DNA of 64,000 nucleotides from Thiobacillaceae bacterium (GTDB taxonomy: Bacteria; Pseudomonadota; Gammaproteobacteria; Burkholderiales; Thiobacillaceae). This document shows positions 57,287 to 64,000 of the stretch, piece by piece. Positions within the stretch are counted from its first letter, which is position 1. Every line of letters begins with the position of its first letter. Below the pieces are notes generated by a model. The model did no database searches and was not told where the DNA came from. It saw only the letters and a list, made by a program, of their open reading frames with translations. Both the position numbers and the translations under genes were made by a program. The stretch is taken from positions 31,117 to 95,116 of the forward strand of contig JBAUMF010000093.1 in NCBI GenBank assembly GCA_049578545.1, read 5' to 3'.

Positions 57287-59070
57287 GCCAGGCAGGCAGC
57301 GACAAGGGCCAGGCGCCGGTGCTGGAGGCGACGGCTGTGGCCAAGTCCTTCAGCATTGGCCGCCGCCATATTCAGGCCCTGGACGGCGTCAGCTTTGCCA
57401 TCCGTCCCGGTGTGGTGAGCGGGCTGATTGGGCCTGACGGGGCGGGCAAGACCACCCTCATGCGTCTGGCCGCCGGGCTGCTGGTGCCCGATTCCGGTCA
57501 CATCCGGGTGCTGGACATGGACGCCACCCGGGAATCCCTGAAGGTGCAGGCCGCCCTGGGCTACATGCCGCAGCGCTTCGGTCTGTACGAGGATCTTACC
57601 GTGCAGGAGAACCTCGATCTCTATGCCGCGCTCCAGGGTGTGCTCGAGGCGGAGCGGCGGGAGCGCTACGAAGAGCTGATGCACATGACCGGCCTCGCCC
57701 CTTTCACCGGCCGGCTGACGGGGCGACTTTCCGGAGGCATGAAACAGAAGCTTGGACTGGCCTGCACCCTGGTGCGCGCACCGCGCCTGCTGCTGCTGGA
57801 CGAGCCTACAGTGGGTGTGGATCCGGTATCACGCCGCGAGCTTTGGGTCATCATCGAGCGGCTGGTGCGGGACCAGGGCATGAGCGTACTGCTTTCAACC
57901 GCCTATCTGGACGAGGCCGAACGCTGCGACGCGGTCATCCTGCTGCATGAAGGCCGGGTTCTGGACCAGGGGCTGCCCCAGGCCATGAGCGCGCGCATGG
58001 CGGGCCGGACCTGGGCGCTGACCCAGTCAGCAGATCAGCCGGGGCGCCGCAACCGGGATATCCAGGCGGCCCTGGATGGCCGGGAAGGCGTGGTGGATGC
58101 GCTGGTCCAGGGGGATCATGTTCGGCTGGTGACGGCCGCTTCCGCTTCCGCCGAAAACCTGATCCGTCAGGCGGGCCTGAAGGACGTCCAATTGAAGCCG
58201 GTGCCTCCCCGTTTCGAGGACAGCTTTATCGACCTGTTGCGGGCACAGGCGCAATCACCCGCTGCGGCCACACACATGGATGGCCTGGCGGCGGCTAGCG
58301 GCGCCAGGGATGGCCCGGTGATCCAGGTGAACGGGCTGCGCCGCCGCTTCGGCGACTTCTGGGCCGTCGACGATATCAGCTTTGAGGTCCAGCGCGGCGA
58401 GATCTTCGGTCTGTTGGGGGCCAACGGCGCCGGCAAGTCCACGACCTTCCGCATGCTCTGCGGCCTGTTGCCCGCCAGCGCGGGCACCCTGCGGGTCGCG
58501 GGCCTGGACCTGCGCCATGCGGCGGCAGCGGCCCGGGCCCGCATCGGCTACATGTCGCAGAAGTTCTCCCTCTACGGCAACCTGAGCGTGCTGCAGAACC
58601 TGGCCTTCTTCGCCAGCGCCTATGGCCTGGGGCGCATGGAGCAAAAGGAGCGGCTGGCGTGGACTCTGGAAGAGTTCGAACTGGGATCCTATGCCGACCA
58701 GCTTTCCGGCCACTTGCCGCTCGGCTACATGCAACGCCTGGCCATGGCATGCGCCCTCATGCACCGGCCGGAGATCCTGTTCCTCGACGAGCCCACCTCC
58801 GGTGTCGATCCTTTGGCGCGCCGCGAGTTCTGGCAAAGAATCAATGCCCTGGCCCGCAGCGGCGTGACCATTCTGGTCACCACCCATTTCATGGAGGAGG
58901 CGGAATACTGCGATCACCTGGCCATCATGGCGGCCGGGCGCATCCTGGCCATGGACGAACCTGCCGCCATCAAGGCGCTGGCGCGCACTGCGGACAATCC
59001 CGCACCCAGCATGGAAGACGCCTTCATCCGCCTGGTGGAAAGCGACCTGCCTCAGGAGCGGGCGGCTTGA
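57283..59070 (+). CDS. Tandem-NBD ABC transporter ATPase (YbhF-like)
   Basis: Two complete NBDs: GLIGPDGAGKTT/LSGGMKQKL/LLLLDEPT and GLLGANGAGKST/LPLGYMQRL/ILFLDEPT. Confidence 0.9.
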   Translation: MSQAGSDKGQAPVLEATAVAKSFSIGRRHIQALDGVSFAIRPGVVSGLIGPDGAGKTTLMRLAAGLLVPDSGHIRVLDMDATRESLKVQAALGYMPQRFGLYEDLTVQENLDLYAALQGVLEAERRERYEELMHMTGLAPFTGRLTGRLSGGMKQKLGLACTLVRAPRLLLLDEPTVGVDPVSRRELWVIIERLVRDQGMSVLLSTAYLDEAERCDAVILLHEGRVLDQGLPQAMSARMAGRTWALTQSADQPGRRNRDIQAALDGREGVVDALVQGDHVRLVTAASASAENLIRQAGLKDVQLKPVPPRFEDSFIDLLRAQAQSPAAATHMDGLAAASGARDGPVIQVNGLRRRFGDFWAVDDISFEVQRGEIFGLLGANGAGKSTTFRMLCGLLPASAGTLRVAGLDLRHAAAAARARIGYMSQKFSLYGNLSVLQNLAFFASAYGLGRMEQKERLAWTLEEFELGSYADQLSGHLPLGYMQRLAMACALMHRPEILFLDEPTSGVDPLARREFWQRINALARSGVTILVTTHFMEEAEYCDHLAIMAAGRILAMDEPAAIKALARTADNPAPSMEDAFIRLVESDLPQERAA

Positions 59071-59105
59071 GCGACTCCAACCCGTCGCGCCGCGGCGGCG
59101 GCGCC

Positions 59106-60212
59106 ATGCGCCTCAGGAGCCTGGTGCACAAGGAGTTCCTGCAGATCGTGCGGGACCCCAGCAGCATCGCCATTGCCTTCGTCATGCCCGTTTTCCTGCT
59201 GCTGTTGTTCGGCTACGGCGTGTCCCTGGACGCGGACCACGTGCCGGTGGCTCTGGTGGCGGAGGAACCCAGCGCCGATACCGCTGATTTCCTCGCCGCG
59301 CTGGAGGCCAGCCATTATTTCTCGCCGGTGCACGCCCGCACCCTGGCCGAGGCCGAGCAGGCACTGCGTCAGGGCCAGGTCAATGCCATCGTGCATTTGC
59401 GCGCCAACTTCGCCGAGCGCCTGCGGCGGCCGGACGGCGCCCCGATCCAGCTTATCGTCAACGGCGTGGACGCCAATACCGCGCGGCTGGCCCAGGGTTA
59501 CGTGCAAGGCGCATGGGGCGCCTGGCTGACGCGCCGCGCAGCCCAGCAGGGACAGGAACTGAATACGCCAGTGCACATGGAACAGCGGATCTGGTTCAAC
59601 AGCGAGCTGAAGAGCCGCAACTATCTGGTGCCCGGTCTGGTGGCCATCATCATGACCCTGATCGGCGCCCTGCTGACAGCCCTAGTCATGGCGCGGGAAT
59701 GGGAGCGCGGCACCATGGAAGCCCTGATGGTGACTCCGACCAGCATGAGCGAGATCCTGCTGGGCAAACTCATCGCCTACTTCACCCTGGGCACCGGCGG
59801 CATGCTGATCACCGTCGGCATGGCGGTGGGGCTGTTCGAGGTGCCCCTGCGCGGTTCCTTCTGGGTGCTGTGGGCCTGCGCGTCCCTGTTCCTGCTGGCC
59901 GCCCTGGGCATGGGGCTGACCATCTCCACCCTGGCCCGGAGTCAGTTTGTCGCGGGTCAGATCGCCATCATCGGCACCTTCCTGCCGGCCTTCCTGCTGT
60001 CCGGCTTCATCTTCGACATCGACAGCATGCCGGCCGTGGTTCAGGTCATCACCCATGTCATTGTCGCCCGCTATTTCGTGGCCATCGTCCAGACCCTGTT
60101 CCTGGCGGGGGACGTCTGGGCCGTCGTGCTGCCCAATGCCCTGGCCCTGCTGATCATGGCGGCCATCTTCCTCGGCATCACCTGGCGCAAATCAAGGAAG
60201 CGGCTCGAATGA
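59106..60212 (+). CDS. ABC-2 permease (YbhS-like)
   Basis: MRLRSLVHKEFLQIVRDPSS N-terminus, a large first loop, then 5 TM. The 58659 ORF start lies inside the ATPase gene and was rejected. Confidence 0.85.
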   Translation: MRLRSLVHKEFLQIVRDPSSIAIAFVMPVFLLLLFGYGVSLDADHVPVALVAEEPSADTADFLAALEASHYFSPVHARTLAEAEQALRQGQVNAIVHLRANFAERLRRPDGAPIQLIVNGVDANTARLAQGYVQGAWGAWLTRRAAQQGQELNTPVHMEQRIWFNSELKSRNYLVPGLVAIIMTLIGALLTALVMAREWERGTMEALMVTPTSMSEILLGKLIAYFTLGTGGMLITVGMAVGLFEVPLRGSFWVLWACASLFLLAALGMGLTISTLARSQFVAGQIAIIGTFLPAFLLSGFIFDIDSMPAVVQVITHVIVARYFVAIVQTLFLAGDVWAVVLPNALALLIMAAIFLGITWRKSRKRLE

Positions 60213-60225
60213 GGGTGAAGACGTC

Positions 60226-61335
60226 ATGCTGATTCGCCTCCTGGCCCTGATCCACAAGGAGTTCCTCGCCCTGCTCAAGGATCCAAAGAGCCGCATGGTG
60301 CTCATCGTTCCCCCCATGATCCAGATTCTTGTGTTCGGGTATGCCGCGACCTTCGACCTGAAGGACATCCCCTATGCCATCTACAACGAGGATCGGGGCG
60401 CCGTGTCGCGTGACCTGGAGGCGGCCTTCGCCGGGGCCCCGGCCTTTCACCGGGTGGCGGTGCTGAATGCAGAAGGCGAGATCGCGCCCCTGGTGGACGC
60501 GCGCAAGGTACTGGCGGTGATCCACATCGGTCCCCGTTTCGGCGCCGACTTGCTGTCGGGTGGCAGCGCTCCCCTGCAGGTCATCATCGACGGACGCAAT
60601 TCCAACACCGCCATGGTCGCCCTGAACTACGTGAGCAGCATCGTGGATCGCTACAACCAGGAATGGATCGAAGCCCATGGTCAGCAAGCCCCGCCCGCCC
60701 ACCTGGAAACCCGGGCCTGGTTCAACCCCAACCTGGAGAGCCGCTGGTTCTTCATCCCCGGCATCATCGGCATGCTCACGCTGGTGACCACCATGCTGGT
60801 AACGGCACTTACGGTGGCGCGGGAACGGGAGCAGGGCACCTTCGACCAGTTGCTGGTCACGCCCCTGCGACCCGGCGAGATCCTGCTGGGCAAGGCCCTG
60901 CCGGGTTTTATCATTGGCATTGTTCAGGGTACGGTGATCCTGCTGGTCGCCACCCTGTGGTTCAAGGTACCCCTGCTGGGCAGCCTGCCCGCCCTGTACA
61001 GCGGACTGGCCCTGTTCCTGCTCTCGGGCGTAGGCGCCGGGCTGCTTATATCCTCGCTGGCGGTGACCCAGCAGCAGGGACTGCTGGGCGCCTTCCTGTT
61101 CATGGTGCCGGCGGTGATCCTGTCCGGTTTTGCCACGCCCATTGCCAACATGCCCAAGCTGGTTCAGACCATTACCCTGATCGACCCGCTGCGCTATTTC
61201 CTCGTGATTCTGCGCAAGGTTTTTCTGGAAGGGGCCGGTTTCGATGTCCTGACCAATCAACTGTGGCCCATGGCCGTGATTGGGGCGGTGACCCTGAGCC
61301 TGGCCAGCTGGCTGTTCCGGCATCGCATGTATTAA
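60226..61335 (+). CDS. ABC-2 permease (YbhR-like)
   Basis: MLIRLLALIHKEFLALLKDPKS, the same architecture as the preceding paralogue. Confidence 0.85.
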   Translation: MLIRLLALIHKEFLALLKDPKSRMVLIVPPMIQILVFGYAATFDLKDIPYAIYNEDRGAVSRDLEAAFAGAPAFHRVAVLNAEGEIAPLVDARKVLAVIHIGPRFGADLLSGGSAPLQVIIDGRNSNTAMVALNYVSSIVDRYNQEWIEAHGQQAPPAHLETRAWFNPNLESRWFFIPGIIGMLTLVTTMLVTALTVAREREQGTFDQLLVTPLRPGEILLGKALPGFIIGIVQGTVILLVATLWFKVPLLGSLPALYSGLALFLLSGVGAGLLISSLAVTQQQGLLGAFLFMVPAVILSGFATPIANMPKLVQTITLIDPLRYFLVILRKVFLEGAGFDVLTNQLWPMAVIGAVTLSLASWLFRHRMY

Positions 61336-61439
61336 CCCGAAGAGCGCTCTGCTGAGCCAGATCGTCCGCGACTTGAAGCGAGAAATAACATGAGAATTAC
61401 AAGGCAAGCAAATGACAAATAATGACTTGTTAAGCGCAT

Positions 61440-62102
61440 TTACGCCAGCAATACCGCAATCAGTCCAGTGACAAACACCCCATCGAAGGTGCCGGCACCG
61501 CCGATCGAAGCAATGGGAGCACCCAGCTTGCGGATGTCCTTGAGACGCACCAGGTCGGCACCAATCAGCACGCCCAGGGTGCCACTGATATAGGCCAGCG
61601 GCGCACGCTGTTGCGGATCAAGAAAGGTTGCGATCAGTGCGGCGGCAATCGGCGCGATCAGCATCGGCATGCCGATACCGATACCGGCGATGGGCCGGCT
61701 GATTGAGCGGGCGATGAGGGCGACGACTATCACTGCGACCGCAACCTGCAACGGGTTCAGCGGGTTGTGGGCAATGAGGAAAAGCGAGAAACAGACGGGC
61801 ACCACTGCACCGCCGACATTGACGGCGACCACGGTCTTGCCGGTGAACGGCAGCGGCTTGAAAAAGGGCAATCGCGCCAGCTCCGGCGGTATTTTCGGTG
61901 GTACCACATCACGATCGGCCTTGAGGCTGAACAGCGGCAGGTTGATCAGGCTGCCGGTTAGCGTGCACAGCAGGAGCAGGTAGGCCGATGCCGGTGAAAG
62001 TCCCAGCTTGTCGAAGGCGATGGTGATCAGTCCGATCTGGACGAAACTGATCAGGAAGACCAGGGCCAGGAAGAACAGCAGCATGCGCAGTGGCGATGGC
62101 AT
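61440..62102 (-). CDS. DUF1614-family membrane protein
   Basis: MPSPLRMLLFFLALVFLISFVQIGLITIAFDKLGL, polytopic. Trimmed to the ATG at 62102. The family is recalled from the N-terminal pattern. Confidence 0.65.
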   Translation of the reverse strand: MPSPLRMLLFFLALVFLISFVQIGLITIAFDKLGLSPASAYLLLLCTLTGSLINLPLFSLKADRDVVPPKIPPELARLPFFKPLPFTGKTVVAVNVGGAVVPVCFSLFLIAHNPLNPLQVAVAVIVVALIARSISRPIAGIGIGMPMLIAPIAAALIATFLDPQQRAPLAYISGTLGVLIGADLVRLKDIRKLGAPIASIGGAGTFDGVFVTGLIAVLLA

Positions 62103-62125
62103 TGGTGACTCCAGTCGGCAGTAGC

Positions 62126-62488
62126 TCAGCAGGTGACGTGAAACAGGCCAATGGTCCTGGCCTTGCCCCTGGTGTTGTTGTAAGTCTTGATGGCATCGGG
62201 CGTAGGCAGCAGGGTCACCTTGCAATCATGCTGCTGGAAGAATTTGGCTGCCTCCGGCGACAGTGTCACGTTGCCGTACTGCCCGCTCCCCAGCACCAGG
62301 GCGTCGCAGCCCTTCTCGTAAATGAACTCCGCCTCCTCGGACGAAATGATGTGGGAGGTGCCATAATATTTTTTCGAGAGTTTCTTCTTGCGCTTTTCCA
62401 CCTCGCCCGACAGGCGGATGAGGACGTCGTGATCATAGGTGGTGCCGTCGATGGTGATGCTGCCGAATTCGGTGGAATCGATTTTCAT
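62126..62488 (-). CDS. Mth938-like (DUF498) domain protein
   Basis: MKIDSTEFGSITIDGTTYDHDVLI...LVLGSGQYG...; GGAGA RBS. Trimmed to the ATG at 62488. Confidence 0.65.
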   Translation of the reverse strand: MKIDSTEFGSITIDGTTYDHDVLIRLSGEVEKRKKKLSKKYYGTSHIISSEEAEFIYEKGCDALVLGSGQYGNVTLSPEAAKFFQQHDCKVTLLPTPDAIKTYNNTRGKARTIGLFHVTC

Positions 62489-62862
62489 GGCAGTTCTCCA
62501 GTCGCAATCGCTGTTTATATCACTGGCGAAGTCGGACTTCAATTTGGAGTGCAGCGAATGACCCGCGTTCCCTGAAGATGCTATCGGCGGGCGCTATATA
62601 ATGAGTTCAACGCCGCTTGTCCAGGATGAGAAAACCGCATGGCACGCTTCCAAAACTGCAACTGTGACCAGGGCAGGCTTCTTCCCATCTCTTTCTCCCG
62701 GCGATTTTTTCCCGGCAGCTTCGCCTGCACCCACGACCCCATCTTCATCCAGGAATTGGATCGATCGATGTTCGCGGCCCGCCATGATAATGACCGGCCT
62801 GCCACGCCTGCATGCGACCCCGCCATGCCGCTGAAGCTCGTGCTGCACGCCGGCGCGCGCGC

Positions 62863-63447
62863 ATGAAAAAGATCACGATTGCGCCTGGCGACGCGCTGAT
62901 CATCGTGGATGTGCAGAAGGATTTTCTGCCTGGCGGCAAGCTGGCGGTGAAGCACGGCGACGAAGTGGTTCCCGTGCTCAATCGATATATTGATCTGTTC
63001 CAGGCCAGAGGCTTGCCGATCTTTGCCACCCGGGACTGGCATCCGGCCAATCACTGTTCCTTCCATGAGCAGGGCGGCATCTGGCCTCCGCACTGTGTCG
63101 CGCAAACGGCGGGCGCCGCCTTTCCATCCCAGCTGGCGTTGCCGCCAGCGACCCGTGTCATTTCCAAGGCCACCACGACAGAGAAGGACGCCTATTCCGG
63201 CTTCGAGGGCACCGAACTCGAAAGTCTGCTTCGCGCCGCCAGGGTTCAGCGTCTGTTTGTGGGCGGCTTGGCGACGGACTATTGCGTGCTCAACACAGTC
63301 AGGGACGCCCGCCTGCACAATTATGAAACCTTCCTGCTGGCCGATGCGGTGCGTGCGGTAAACGTCCACCCCGAGGATCAGCGGGAAGCGATGGAGGAAA
63401 TGATGCGCCTGGGAGTCGAACTGACCGAAATCGAAGCGCTTGCATGA
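62863..63447 (+). CDS. pncA: Nicotinamidase (isochorismatase family)
   Basis: IIVDVQKDFLPGG, ATRDWHPANHCSF and GGLATDYCV (D-K-C triad context). Trimmed to the ATG at 62863. Confidence 0.85.
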   Translation: MKKITIAPGDALIIVDVQKDFLPGGKLAVKHGDEVVPVLNRYIDLFQARGLPIFATRDWHPANHCSFHEQGGIWPPHCVAQTAGAAFPSQLALPPATRVISKATTTEKDAYSGFEGTELESLLRAARVQRLFVGGLATDYCVLNTVRDARLHNYETFLLADAVRAVNVHPEDQREAMEEMMRLGVELTEIEALA

Positions 63448-64000
63448 TCAATCCGCTTTCCAGCCCGCTGCTGGCAGATCTGTATGAATACACCATGCTG
63501 CAAAGTTACATTGAGTATGGACTGGAAGAGACTGCCGTATTTGAGTTTTTTGTGCGCCGGCTCCCGCCGGGGCGCAATTTTCTGGTCGCCGCAGGCCTTG
63601 AACAGGCGCTGGAATTCCTCGATCAACTGGCCTTCTCCGCCCAGGAACTGGATTGGCTTTCGCAGCGATTCCCCCCGCATGTCATTCGCTACCTGAAAGA
63701 CTTTCGCTTTACTGGCGATGTCCACGCCATGCAGGAAGGAACGCTGTTCTTTGCTGACGAGCCAATTCTGCGGGTGACGGCTCCTTTGCCGCAGGCACAG
63801 CTGGTGGAGTCGCGCCTGATGAACCTGCTCAACTTCGAAACGCTGATTGCCACCAAGGCGGCGCGCTCGGTGCTGGCTGCGCCCGACAAGCTGCTGGTTG
63901 ATTTCGGCATGCGCCGGGCGCATGGAGCCGAGGCCGGCCTGCTCGCTGCACGCGCGAGCTATCTGGCTGGATTTGGCGGCACGGCTACCGTACTGGCGGG
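63444..64000 (+). CDS. pncB: Nicotinate phosphoribosyltransferase (3' end cut by window edge)
   Basis: This gene is absent from the ORF track because there is no stop in the window. My translation from the ATG at 63444 (overlapping the pncA stop, ATGA) is MINPLSSPLLADLYEYTMLQSYIEYGL...VDFGMRRAHGAEAG..., typical of NAPRTase. Confidence 0.85.
   Translation, partial: MINPLSSPLLADLYEYTMLQSYIEYGLEETAVFEFFVRRLPPGRNFLVAAGLEQALEFLDQLAFSAQELDWLSQRFPPHVIRYLKDFRFTGDVHAMQEGTLFFADEPILRVTAPLPQAQLVESRLMNLLNFETLIATKAARSVLAAPDKLLVDFGMRRAHGAEAGLLAARASYLAGFGGTATVLA

Overview
A 64-kb, GC-rich (about 60% by eye) proteobacterial chromosomal segment. The CpxRA, MdtABC, EmrAB and YbhGFSR-type content suggests a beta- or gammaproteobacterium; that is inference only, since no database search was possible. 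All calls rest on motif recognition in the supplied ORF translations and on reading the DNA. I saw no rRNA, tRNA or CRISPR array.

Layout:
- 1-2.2 kb: ABC-2 transporter operon, 5' end cut by the window edge.
- 2.3-7.1 kb: uspA, an orphan histidine kinase, and a DedA-PAP2 fusion coupled to dgkA.
- 7.5-13.5 kb: MFS transporter, dapE, yffB-like ArsC-family gene, Atm1-type ABC exporter, and a GNAT/hexose-6-P-mutarotase fusion.
- 13.7-26.3 kb: signalling and housekeeping genes. These include a 1188-aa PAS-GAF-GGDEF-EAL protein, a metallophosphoesterase, an arginase-family enzyme, a PEBP-family protein, HU, dienelactone hydrolase, a SYLF protein, uppP and a ParB-like nuclease-domain protein.
- 26.6-33.4 kb: a compositionally mosaic accessory stretch. 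It holds a disordered Ser/Gly-rich protein, a ChrB-C-domain/MFS pair, a His-rich DMT gene remnant and a truncated IS630 transposase. It also holds an AT-rich insert in which a consensus sigma-54 promoter precedes a beta-carbonic-anhydrase-family enzyme, an FmdB zinc ribbon and a V4R-type sigma-54 activator. The stretch is bracketed by a perfect 17-bp inverted repeat.
- 33.4-42.3 kb: mdtABC plus an outer-membrane factor.
- 43.0-49.3 kb: cpxR-cpxA-diguanylate cyclase, a CpxP/Spy-family gene, and three secreted low-complexity proteins. Consensus CpxR boxes precede cpxR and the cpxP-like gene.
- 49.6-51.4 kb: OmpA-family lipoprotein and a 2OG-Fe(II) oxygenase.
- 51.4-56.1 kb: marR-OMF-emrA-emrB operon.
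- 56.3-61.3 kb: ybhGFSR-like ABC-2 exporter.
- 61.4-64.0 kb: DUF1614 protein, Mth938-like protein, pncA, and pncB (3' end cut by the window edge).

The most interesting candidate is the sigma-54-controlled beta-CA-like module at 30.2-33.4 kb. The enzyme is the size of the known COS and CS2 hydrolases.
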